From an uncultured virus (IMG/VR IMGVR_UViG_3300027127_000005) (lineage: Duplodnaviria; Heunggongvirae; Uroviricota; Caudoviricetes), in IMG/VR virus record IMGVR_UViG_3300027127_000005, positions 1 through 64,000 of that record: a stretch of 64,000 bases of DNA. The stretch is one strand, 5' to 3'. Shown piece after piece: positions 11,994 to 22,329 of this stretch. Numbering within the stretch: the stretch's first letter is position 1; every line of letters starts with the position of its first letter. Under the pieces are notes generated by a model. That model had not been told where the DNA came from and did no database searches. It saw only the letters and a list, made by a program, of their open reading frames with translations. The position numbers were made by a program, and so were the translations under genes.

Positions 11994-12767
11994 CTAGATG
12001 TCAAAAAGTAAATCTGGATTAAATCCAGTTCCTTGTCCAGGATACCCACCAGGATTACAAATCACTCGGCAACCTTCAATCATATAATTAAAAGCAGTGT
12101 GAGTGTGTCCGTGTGCCCAGTATTTAATTTGTGGATGATTAACAATCAAATCATCCAGATTACTACAATAGGCACCATTTGCGTGTTTCTTGAATTGCTG
12201 TGGAACCGATTGATAACTCGGTGCATGATGACTGATGACAAATACATTGTCATTGAGTGTTTGTAGTTGATTCAACAGATACTTCTTACTATCCTTATGA
12301 AAATTAAGAGTGTCAGTTGGATTCAGTTTCCGATACTTTGGAGTAATACGAATAACTTTGTAGTCATTCATCACTTGTGCTGCTTCCATCATCTCTAGAG
12401 CATTTTCATTTCTAAAGTCAGTCCAGAGAGTGAAACCTATAAAGTTCCAGTCTCCAATCTTAACTGTGTCATTGTCAAGGATTTGGAAATTATGAGGAAG
12501 ATGCTCTTTTATTTTCCTCTTACTTCCTTCGTAATTGTATCCATAATAGCAATGATTCCCAAGAACATATAATATATGTGAAAAATCTTTTGAACATTTA
12601 TCCACAAAACGAAGATAAATGTCTTTTAATTTTCCATTTGTTTTTAAATACTTTGCTGGAAATATATCTCCTGCCAGCACTAATATATCAGCAGTTCCTA
12701 AGTTTGGAATTTCTTCAAAAGAGTTTAAAAATTCAAGGTGCAAATCTGATGCTACTTTAACTTTCAT
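11994..12767 (-). CDS. calcineurin-like metallophosphoesterase
   Basis: SDLHLE, LAGDI, GNH, HHAP and HGHTH motifs. Confidence 0.9.
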   Translation of the reverse strand: MKVKVASDLHLEFLNSFEEIPNLGTADILVLAGDIFPAKYLKTNGKLKDIYLRFVDKCSKDFSHILYVLGNHCYYGYNYEGSKRKIKEHLPHNFQILDNDTVKIGDWNFIGFTLWTDFRNENALEMMEAAQVMNDYKVIRITPKYRKLNPTDTLNFHKDSKKYLLNQLQTLNDNVFVISHHAPSYQSVPQQFKKHANGAYCSNLDDLIVNHPQIKYWAHGHTHTAFNYMIEGCRVICNPGGYPGQGTGFNPDLLFDI

Positions 12768-13332
12768 TTTGAATTTTAGTAATTTTTAAAATATCTTTGT
12801 GAGGTGATTTCTGGAGATTGCAAGCTAAATTAAATAAATTTTGTTTTTTGTATCCATTGTTTCTTCCCCACTCCGTCAAACAATGAACAGTTTCTTTTTT
12901 TCCATTTAAAAATTCAACTTCATAATAATTTGACCTTGGATTGTTTTTTCCTAAGACATTGTGATGATTTTTGCTTATTTTTAATTTTGTTTCCTTTTTA
13001 TGTCCTTTTCCAAACAAAGGGTGCAATTTTCCTTTCATAACTGGGAATTTTCCTCCACCTGGAGAACTATTCAGTCCTTTTTCTAAAGTATTAAATGTTT
13101 CAATATAAAAACATTCTTTTCCATTTAATTGATTGACCTCACACTGCTCAACAATCCCAATTATGAAATCATCCCATCCAGTTTTATTTGCTTGTATGTA
13201 TAATTTTGCTCTGGAACTTTTTGCAGATGCGTATTTGTGATATCTTAGTCTATCTTGTATACTTCTTCTGGTTTGTCCAATATATTTCTCTCCAGTGGAA
13301 ATACAGTGGATACAATAAATAGTACCTTTCAT
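12757..13332 (-). CDS. GIY-YIG homing endonuclease with NUMOD3-like motif
   Basis: GTIYCI...KYIGQT, R, E and GLN catalytic residues; HPLFGKGHKKETKLKIS. Confidence 0.85.
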   Translation of the reverse strand: MKGTIYCIHCISTGEKYIGQTRRSIQDRLRYHKYASAKSSRAKLYIQANKTGWDDFIIGIVEQCEVNQLNGKECFYIETFNTLEKGLNSSPGGGKFPVMKGKLHPLFGKGHKKETKLKISKNHHNVLGKNNPRSNYYEVEFLNGKKETVHCLTEWGRNNGYKKQNLFNLACNLQKSPHKDILKITKIQNES

Positions 13333-13440
13333 AACTGCTCTTTGTTGGGTGCAATAGTATTTATATTAGAAGAGGGGACATTTCTGCCCCCACTATCTTA
13401 CCTGTGAAGATTGCACCCAACTCAGGCACTATTATTTATA
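13333..13440 (-). promoter_or_regulatory. Tandem late promoter / terminated small RNA / complementary leader module (copy 1)
   Basis: TATAAATA - gttgggtgcaat arm - ggggcagaaatgtcccc hairpin + pyrimidine tail - TATAAATA - attgcacccaac arm - ATG. Confidence 0.7.
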
Positions 13441-13445
13441 TTAAA

Positions 13446-13518
13446 CAGGCATACCTGGATTCGAACCAGGGATAAGGCTTTAGAAGAGCCGTGTGATAAT
13501 CCACTTCACCATATGCCC
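13446..13518 (-). tRNA. tRNA-Arg(TCT)
   Basis: Cloverleaf; anticodon loop CTTCTAA; GGTTCGAATCC. Confidence 0.9.
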
Positions 13519-13603
13519 AAGAGACCCTCTGGTTTGTGCATTGTTAAGAGGCATAGAGGGTGTGGGTCTTATTCAAAGTTTGGACCTTTGATGCCCGTAA
13601 GAA

Positions 13604-13855
13604 TTAACCGTTAAGGACTTGAGATTCAGAATCCTCTGGGTCAATTTTATTTAGCACATACTGAATCGGGTTCATTTTCTTTTGGATTTCACTTTCCAGT
13701 TCACGGAAAGTGCCAACCAGTGCTTCAAGAAGGTCAGAACCAGTCAAATCTTCGTAATCACAATCATCAAAGATGTTTTCTTGAAAATACTCAACAAGTT
13801 GTTCTTGAAGATTTTCAACCATTTGACGAGATGCAGACTTGTTGCGACGTGCCAT
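13604..13855 (-). CDS. hypothetical protein
   Basis: 83 aa acidic ORF. Confidence 0.7.
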   Translation of the reverse strand: MARRNKSASRQMVENLQEQLVEYFQENIFDDCDYEDLTGSDLLEALVGTFRELESEIQKKMNPIQYVLNKIDPEDSESQVLNG

Positions 13856-13893
13856 AATAAAATTAGTTGGTTAAGAAATTAAAGAATCAAAAA

Positions 13894-14124
13894 TCAAACA
13901 GAAGTTACAATACCATCTGCATCGGTGAGAGTCACTTCACCTTCATCTTCATCTTCAGAATCCACAGGTTCAGAATAGTTCTCAAGCACGGTGGAATCAT
14001 AGTTATCAAGTGCTTCGATGAGTTCAGCACCAGTTTCTGCTTTAGTCAGACTAACAATCAGTTGAGCAGCAGCAGGGTTGGTATCAACGATTTCGGAAGC
14101 AAGAGCAATCAGTTTAGCAGACAT
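13894..14124 (-). CDS. hypothetical acidic protein
   Basis: 76 aa ORF with a structured-looking 5' leader. Confidence 0.7.
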   Translation of the reverse strand: MSAKLIALASEIVDTNPAAAQLIVSLTKAETGAELIEALDNYDSTVLENYSEPVDSEDEDEGEVTLTDADGIVTSV

Positions 14125-16307
14125 TTAATGAAAAGTCAAGGGAACGAAAAATGGGTAACTTTATTGGTTAGATATTTCCAACCCATTGGCAAACCCGTTC
14201 CAAATGAAATCAAATACTTAAAGAGTATTCAATTTCAATTTCATCTTCATCGGGAAGACCAAGTTGAAGACCAATAAAGTCCTCATAATCAACACCGAGA
14301 AACTTTTTAGCAAAGTCCTCGTAATCATCGTGAAGAACACAAGTGTCAATCATCTTGAAACCTCCTTGACTTGATGAATACATCATAGCACAGGTTCTGG
14401 GGTCTGTAAAGTGTTATGTGCCAGAAGAATCAGTGGCACAAGGCACAATCAAACATCGTAAAACCGATTTTGCCTTATCTCATCTTGATAGGTTTTATTT
14501 ATCCATTTTTCATTAAAAGGAGATATCATATAATTATAATGTTCTACCCAACGACCAGAAAAATCTAGGATTAGATTATAATTTTGAAACTTATCGTAGA
14601 AACCAATAGAATCAAGGACTAACATGGTGTTGATTGATTACGAAGTAATTATAGCAGGATTTGAGGTGCTGTGATCTTTTAGTGTGCCAGTGCCACAAGT
14701 GTCACAGAGTATCAACATCCTCCAACAATTCTGGGTAGTAGTCTGTAACCTCTGTAATCAATTCTTCATCATTATAATCTGCTAGATTATCTTTCAAAGT
14801 ATCATAAACAAAACGTTCCATAGTCTTATAATCCATTCCTCCAATCGTTTGCTGGATATAATCCTCAACAAGTTGCTCACGATTAAAAGACATTTTGTTA
14901 AACACCAAGATTTCAGTATAAAGGTCAGACATAATTAGACAACATCAATTTCGGCAAGTTTCTTTTGTTGACGCAGTTCCTTCACAATCATCTGAAGTTC
15001 AGAAATATCTTCATTCAGAATTGTTAGGTCATCGTACATCATCTCTGCTTGATAAACACTTCTACACTTTTTATATTGCTTTGAGAGTTTATCAAACTTT
15101 TTCTTTGCTTCTTTGAGTTCTTTTTCGTACTCTTGAATGGATTTTGAATAATTCATTTGCGATAAGGACTAGACCAGTAAGAACGGAAAACAGTAATAAC
15201 AATAACAGCAGTGCTAATAACACCAACCAAACCAATAAAGGTAGTGGCATCACCAGTAAAATTGAATGTGTCGAACATCATTTGAGTGATTTACTTCGTA
15301 ATCATAGCACCCTTTCGGTGCGTAATCAAGTGCAAATGGACAGTGAAAAAACTGTCCATTGTTATACCTATGTAGACAATTAAGGAGTTGGGTCAAAATA
15401 AACGATTTCTTCCAGTGCAGGAAGAATCTCGTATTGAATAACATCAAGATGCTGGAGATTGATGGTCATATCCATCATATGAAGTTTATTCTCACGTTCT
15501 GCAAGTTCTTTAAGAATCTTGTAAGCACGTTCAACTTCTGAATATGCGTAAACAGTGTTACTCACCATTCCCCTCGTTGGATTAGAATCTTTTTAATTTC
15601 AGAAAATACAAACTTTTTCAGTTTAGCATCTTCAGTTGTCTCATATGCAAGATAGAGTCTCTTCAGATAATCTTCTTGTGTGCAAACTTTAACTACTTTT
15701 GCATCGGTCATTCCAATATCACGCAAAGGAGAACCTGCTTTAACTTTTGCCCTACCAAAGTTCCCAGATACAGAGCCTTGAGTGCGAAGTTTAGGTTTGA
15801 TTTTAGAAAGATTGGAAGCAGTCATTGCTCTTTTTGAATATGAGACTATTATAGGGCATCCACAGGGGGATTGGTGGGGTCTTGTGCCAGTTTCACAAGT
15901 GTCACAGGTTTGGTGAGTAAGTCATTTTTTCAGTTTCCTCACTCGTTCAAGATACTCATTACTCTGTTGATACAATCGTTCAATCAAATCCTCAATATCA
16001 GAGATTGCGATTTCATTATACTCACGATTCAGGTTTTCGCAACGCAGAGCATCAATTGCAGATTGTAATGCAATTGCTTGCATATGCATCATACTAATTG
16101 GTCCTCCAGTTGGTAATGATTCACACTCCATATTGTAGTAGTCATTATACCTTTGGAGAACACGATTACTCTTCTCCCTTCGTTCAGCAACTTCAAACAT
16201 TTCATCTGGATAAAATCTATCTTCCATAATGTTCCTTTGATTTCTCATATTATACAACAAAAAAGGTGCCCCGTAAAGGCACCTTGTTCCAGTTCGTCAA
16301 GTGTCCT

Positions 16308-17096
16308 TTATGATACTCTTATTCTTCTAGAAGTATCTATTCCTTTATGTTTTTGATATTTTGAAAGTCCTCCTGGTGTAGAAATATGTCCTGTTTCAAG
16401 ACACATCCATCTTTGAGAACTTGTTGTTTTTCCTGCTTGTATTCTTACTGATTTTGATACTTTTTTACCATCCTCACTCATCTGTTCTTTTGTTCTTCCG
16501 TGAGCACCTACTTTCAGTTCTGCTGCCCTTTTCCCTCCTATTTTTCCTGCTTCACTTCTTATTTTTTGTTTTTCTTCTTCCGTTAAAGAAAAAATTCCCG
16601 AACCTTGTTCTTTATTTTTTAATCCACCTTTACTTCTTTGTTCATTAGTTAAAGTAAATAAACCAGTTCCAGTTTTTCTATGTTTTTCTACCATTTTTTT
16701 AGAATTTTCACTTAATTGTTCTTTTGTGAGTGCGTGAAATCCCAATCCAAGTTCTTTTACTTTTAATCCAGATTTTTTTCCAATTTCTCTTGCTTGTTCT
16801 GTTGGTCTTATATAAGAAAATTTTGTAGATGTTTGATATGCCCTATTAGAAAAATGTGGATTTTCAACTACTTTATAATATTCTTGTAAAGTAATCTCAT
16901 CATCATATGCCTCTTCTCTTGTAGCATAATCACTTTTCAAGATTATCTTTTGAGTTGGTTTGAATGTCTTATCCCTGTAAGAACCAAAATATCTTACATC
17001 ATCTTCTGGTAAACATTTACAAGTTCTACTACCAAAATATCCTCTACCATATTCCTCATAGGAATAATAAACATAGTGATACTCTTTGAGTTCCAT
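16308..17096 (-). CDS. Seg-like GIY-YIG homing endonuclease
   Basis: HYVY...GYFGSR...YFGS...E...F-x-N; KxG repeats; C-terminal QRWMCLETG...GIDTSRR shared with 38641 and 40989. Confidence 0.75.
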   Translation of the reverse strand: MELKEYHYVYYSYEEYGRGYFGSRTCKCLPEDDVRYFGSYRDKTFKPTQKIILKSDYATREEAYDDEITLQEYYKVVENPHFSNRAYQTSTKFSYIRPTEQAREIGKKSGLKVKELGLGFHALTKEQLSENSKKMVEKHRKTGTGLFTLTNEQRSKGGLKNKEQGSGIFSLTEEEKQKIRSEAGKIGGKRAAELKVGAHGRTKEQMSEDGKKVSKSVRIQAGKTTSSQRWMCLETGHISTPGGLSKYQKHKGIDTSRRIRVS

Positions 17097-17200
17097 AGTT
17101 CTGCTTTATGTTGTGTCGCAATAGTATTTATACAAGAAAAGGTGCCCGAAAGCACCCAATCTCTGCTATGGTTGCGACACACATAAGCACTATTATTTAT
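17097..17200 (-). promoter_or_regulatory. Tandem late promoter / terminated small RNA / complementary leader module (copy 2)
   Basis: ATAAATA - tgcttatgtgtgtcgcaa - ggtgctttcgggcacc-TTTTCTT - TATAAATA - ttgcgacacaacataaagca - ATG. Confidence 0.75.
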
Positions 17201-17380
17201 CAGTATCTTCTTTATCCATTGTTTTTTCTATTTCAAGTTTAGTTTCTGGTGTTTTGGTTCCAAGAGTAAGAGTTTCAAGAGTTGGAGAAGGAATACGGGA
17301 CGTTTCTTTACCATTTGTATAGAAGATTAGGTCTTCACTCATTTGTATTTCAGTTCCTTTAGTGCCTCATAATTTATAAG

Positions 17381-17457
17381 AGTGTCTGGTGGGATTTGAA
17401 CCCACGTTGATTAACCGTTTTGCAGACGGTTGCCTTCACCACTCGGTCCACAGACAC
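17381..17457 (-). tRNA. tRNA-Cys(GCA)
   Basis: Cloverleaf; loop CTGCAAA; own TTGACA-N17-TATAAT promoter at 17469-17497. Confidence 0.9.
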
Positions 17458-17829
17458 AGCACCAGACGATTATACTATCAAATGTTAAAATTGTCAAAGG
17501 TTTTGTTGATAAAGGAATAAATCCCGTTGATGGTTTCAATCGGAACCCAAGCAGGTTCTTCACCATCAAAAGAAACCAGACCTTCTACTACATTTTTCTC
17601 TTTGATTTTGGAATAGATGGTTCGTGTTTGTTGAACCTTACTCAAAGGGTTGTTGGGTACAACCGATTGAACAAGTTGAGTTTTGAAGTAATCAAGAAGT
17701 TTTTGGTAATCTTCGTCGGATACTTTTGCTTGGAGTGGTTCTTTGTTCATAAAAATAGAGTATTTGTTATGTGTATGAGACTATTATAAGGCATCTGGTG
17801 CCCCTGTGGAGGGGTCTTGTGCCAGTTGG

Positions 17830-17979
17830 TCAGGTGTCCTCTTTCTTCTGCTTTTCAATAAGTTCTCTCAGTTTCTCTCTACCATAAGTCGTCAATTCTT
17901 TTTTAGAGTTTCTCAAGTCTTCAATCTCCCTTTCATAAAGAAAGAAACCATCAGGAAGATTCCCGTATTGTTCGGTCAT
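17830..17979 (-). repeat. ~150-bp duplicated segment (second copy ~20403-20553) carrying a ~49 aa ORF MTEQYGNLPDGFF...
   Basis: Near-identical sequence at both loci, ending in the right half of the dyad. Confidence 0.85.
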
Positions 17980-19640
17980 TTTTTCCAACCACCATTAATT
18001 GTAGCATAAAACTCATCAAAACAATTTAAACCGTGACATCTTTCATTTAATCTTTCCAAACTATGGGTCATCAAAAATCCCCAAATAGAAAATGCCTCCT
18101 TAACTCTCCAATATCCACCACGAAGTTTGAGATAAAGAATATAAAGTTCTTCATTCATCTCTTATCTCCTTGAACCATTTAGCAAATTCAATCCATTTTG
18201 TATCGTTGAATGCTTCTGAACGATTGGCAGTGCTGAAGTCTTGGTTCCCATTTTCAGCACAAAATTTATCAAGTGCGTGTTTAATCTCACACCTCATAAG
18301 GTATCGGTGCCTATTAACCATTTCGCAGATTTGTTCGTCAGTCATTGTTCCCAAGCATAAGATTTCAGGAATTCATTATCCCTTTGAAGTGTTTCAATTT
18401 TATCATACAAATCATCAATAATTTCAATCAAGGCATCATAATCAATCGTTTCAGTTGTTCTACCATCCTCCATATCCTCATAGTAGGAATACTGGAGTTG
18501 TTGTTTTAGGTTTCGTTCAGTCATAATAAGTGTTTGCGTGTCCGTAGTTCAAATAATACCAGAATAGGTTTCTCATTCTCTCTTCATTTGGATATCCATC
18601 AAGATGGTTCCACATATGATTTCTCCAACTATACACACAATACTCAAAGAGATGGATTGAGGTATAGATGTTCCACTTTTTCCAAGTGTCTTTCTTTTTA
18701 GTCATTTTCAGTCATCGCAACATCTCTTTCATTTTGCGTATTGCGTCATTAAATCCCTCAACAAGCAATTCAGTATTCACATTCTGCGAACCAGAAGCAC
18801 TTTGTTCTTCTAAAATCCAGTCTTCCACCAAATCTACAATATCATTACAAGTATCAAACTCGAAACCAAGTTCATCTACCAATCTATTAAAAAGTTTTTG
18901 TGCTTGGTGTTTTTTCACCAACCTATTCACAACTTCATCGGCAATTTTGAATCCAATTGAAGCAGGATTATCTTTCTCATCCCACTCTACTTCATCAGCA
19001 ACTTCATCTGGTGTATATTTTTTATAAGGATACTCTTCTATTTGTTTCATAACTTGCTTCTGGTTGTTTGAAACTCTCAAAGATACCAGGTGCCATAAAA
19101 TACAGAGCAGCAATACAAAATCCCGTGATTATTCCAAGTGTGTATGGTGAGTGTTTCATTTTTGGTTCTTACATTCACATTCATAATACCCCATCAAATA
19201 TGCCTTTTTGATTAGACCTTCTTCAAGTAATTGTTGGGATCTTTTTTTTGGTTTATTGACATTCATTTGAAAATAGAGGTCATCAATCACTTCTTGTTCA
19301 ATTTTCAGTTTGTTTTCAGTCATTGTTCATTTCCGAGTGTGTATGTTGAGATTTTTCAAGTTGTTCAATTCTATCACACAACTCTGTGATAATAGAAATC
19401 AAGGAAGGATAACAAATGGTTTCAGTATCATTCCCATCCTCCATATCATAATAAACAGAGTGAGAGAGTTCTTTCTTGAAGTTGCGTTCAGTCATTTGTA
19501 AAAAGATAGAATGTCCTCTGCGGTTTGGGTGATGAGTTCTTGTGTGATATGAGAATACTCACATTCTCTGGGTGTATAGGAGTATTATACACCATCCAGA
19601 GGCACCCAGAGAATCCCCTGTGCCAGTTCATCAAGTGTCC

Positions 19641-20030
19641 TCAATCCTTAATAAGTTCCACCAAGTCATCAAACTTATTATACACTTCTTCAAGACCATA
19701 AGCGTGTCCCTGTTCCCAAGCAAGGTCAAAACACATGAACCTTTTAGGATTATCAGTCACACCATAATCTTCAAACAAATCATTCTGGAACTGTACTTGA
19801 AGATTAAACTCTTCATCAGTATATTTTTTGCGTTGTGCCTTGTATGCGTCCTCATCCAAAATTTCTTGAATGAGAGCATTAGGATATTCTTCTTTTAGTT
19901 CTGCTTTATCCTTTTCCCAAGTAGGACCAGACCAAAGAACTACACCCTTATCATAAACATAAGAGGTGATGTAATCCTTTTTGTTGGGATAAACAGTTTG
20001 GGGTTTGGAGTAGTAATCAAAGGGTTTCAT
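19641..20030 (-). CDS. hypothetical protein
   Basis: 129 aa ORF filling the space between two dyad promoters. Confidence 0.8.
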   Translation of the reverse strand: MKPFDYYSKPQTVYPNKKDYITSYVYDKGVVLWSGPTWEKDKAELKEEYPNALIQEILDEDAYKAQRKKYTDEEFNLQVQFQNDLFEDYGVTDNPKRFMCFDLAWEQGHAYGLEEVYNKFDDLVELIKD

Positions 20031-20974
20031 CAGGGTTCTGTGTGTATGAGACTATTATAGGGCATCTGGTGCCCCTGTGGAGGGATCTTGTGCCAGTTCG
20101 TCAGGTGTCCTACAGATCCAAGAGTTTTTCATCGTCCATCGTGAATAATGAAGTTGGACGGATGAATATAGGTTTCACTTTCTGCTAAAATAACGAATGT
20201 TTCTTTTAACTCTTCGTCAGTGTAAGAAATATTACTCCCCCAATAACCTTGTTTTTCGGTGTCCCACCAGACAGATGATCTCAAATTTGCAAATTTTTCT
20301 ACGGACCAAATGCCTGTATGTAAGAGAGTTCCCTTATACCTATTACCATCAGGTCCTTCCAGTAAAAGAATTTTGTACATTACAGTTTGCCTTTAATACG
20401 TTCGTCAGGTGTCCTCTTTCTTCTGCTTTTCAATAAGTTCTCTCAGTTTCTCTCTACCATAAGTCGTCAATTCTTTTTTAGAGTTTCTCAAGTCTTCAAT
20501 CCCCTTTTCAGAAAGAAAGAAACCATCAGGAAGATTCCCGTATTGTTCGGTCATTAGAAATAATCCTTCCTCACACATTCTGTTTCAAGGTCTTCTACTC
20601 GGTCTTGTAAATCCATAATAATCTCAAGGATTTTCAAAGCATCAAGATTTCCATTCTCATCAGTAATAATTGAGAGATATGATTGATTTATAATCTCTCG
20701 TTGTTCTTCATATGGTTTGTAATGCCACTCTTTTCTTTGTTTTTGAGTATAAGTATCCCAATCTGCTGGATTGTATCTCATCTCAAATCTCTCTCTAAAA
20801 TATCAATACAATCTGCCCATCCACTGAAATAGTCAAAATCGTATTTGTTGTTGTCTTCTTTATGGTAATTTTTCAACCATTCTTTCACAACATTCACAAT
20901 CTCATTTGCGATTACATCACCAGATTGAACGGCATCGTGAGTATAATACCATTCCGTAAGTCGTTCGTGGAGTT

Positions 20975-21790
20975 TCATTTCTTATTCCTCAATTTTGATT
21001 TGATTTTCTGCAAAAGTTCATTATGTGCTTCTACAGCAACTTCGGTATTGATATTTTGAGACCCCTCTGCCGATTGTTCTCGTGGAAGAAATAATTCTAC
21101 AATATCCAGTAAATCTGCAGTACACTCATCAATAGTCCAGTGTTTGCTATAGCAAGTAGTCCACCACTTATAAATTCGGGTTTCTAGGGTTTCCCCCAAC
21201 TCAAACTTCAAGAACTCTGGTGGATTTTCCTCCCACTTCTTCAACATTCTATTCACAACTTCATCAGTAATATAAGAAGCAGAATTCTCTGTCGCAGAAT
21301 TCCACTTATTCTCCAACCTATCCAGAACCTCATTCATAGGTTTTGGATTATCCTTCTCATCCCACTCCACTTCATCATAATGCTCTGGTTCATCATACAA
21401 TCTATTGTAGAGTTTTTGTGCTTGTTGTTGTTTTATCAACCTATCAACTACTTCATCAGTAATATAATAAGCAGAATTCTCTGCTGCAGAATTCTCTGCT
21501 GCAGAATTCCATTTGTTCTCCAACCTATCCACAACTTCCTCCATCGGTTTTGTTTGTTCTTCTACTGAAACTTCTTTTGGTTGTGCTGCCTCATAACCCT
21601 TCTGGAATGCTTCCCAACTTATAACATCCCAATCACTTACAGCAAAACTACTTGTTTCTGGATAATGTCCGTAGGCATCCCTGTATGCCTTTTCTACATC
21701 TGTTGTGCTTGCTTCAAGTTGCTCCAATACTTTGAGGTTATGTTGCATCGTAGCAATTTTTTCTTTTAGTTCTTCAATTGGGTTAGTCAT
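20975..21790 (-). CDS. mosaic repeat-containing hypothetical protein
   Basis: Internal repeats (EVxDRLENKWNSAxENSAxYITDEVV); modules shared with 18712, 21787 and 28738. Confidence 0.8.
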   Translation of the reverse strand: MTNPIEELKEKIATMQHNLKVLEQLEASTTDVEKAYRDAYGHYPETSSFAVSDWDVISWEAFQKGYEAAQPKEVSVEEQTKPMEEVVDRLENKWNSAAENSAAENSAYYITDEVVDRLIKQQQAQKLYNRLYDEPEHYDEVEWDEKDNPKPMNEVLDRLENKWNSATENSASYITDEVVNRMLKKWEENPPEFLKFELGETLETRIYKWWTTCYSKHWTIDECTADLLDIVELFLPREQSAEGSQNINTEVAVEAHNELLQKIKSKLRNKK

Positions 21791-22329
21791 TTCTTATTCC
21801 TCAAAATCCAAAATTGAATTTGGTCAGCAAGGTCATCAATACATTCATTAACAGACCACATATTTTTAGATGTGAATGTATCCATCCACCATCGGTCTAT
21901 CACCTGACGGATTGTTTTATTTTCTACATTTTCACTAATATCGTGTTCAATTTCATCATATTCGGGAGGGTCATCAACTGGAACTGCTTTTGGTTGTGTT
22001 ACTCGATAACCTGCTAAAAAAGCACCCCACCTTGCGTCTTCACTTGGAGAACCTAATGGATACTCACCACACCAGTCCTTATATGCTTCTTCTATTGGTG
22101 ATTTTGGTTTAGGATAAGCATTCTTAAGTTTTTCAAAAAACTCTTTTGTTTCTTCACAATATTCAACATACTTATCAAGCATGTGAAGTTCGTCAAGTGT
22201 GAGTTCAAGTGTGAATTTTTGTTCAATCATTTTGATTTCAAGTTTAGTTTCAGGGCATTTGGTTCCAACAGTTGAAGGAGAAATACGAAATGTTTCCTCA
22301 CCATTTTTGTAGTAGATTATATCACTCAT
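21787..22329 (-). CDS. mosaic hypothetical protein
   Basis: Shares KSPIEEAYK..GEYP and WW..T...W.VNEC modules with its neighbours. Confidence 0.75.
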   Translation of the reverse strand: MSDIIYYKNGEETFRISPSTVGTKCPETKLEIKMIEQKFTLELTLDELHMLDKYVEYCEETKEFFEKLKNAYPKPKSPIEEAYKDWCGEYPLGSPSEDARWGAFLAGYRVTQPKAVPVDDPPEYDEIEHDISENVENKTIRQVIDRWWMDTFTSKNMWSVNECIDDLADQIQFWILRNKK

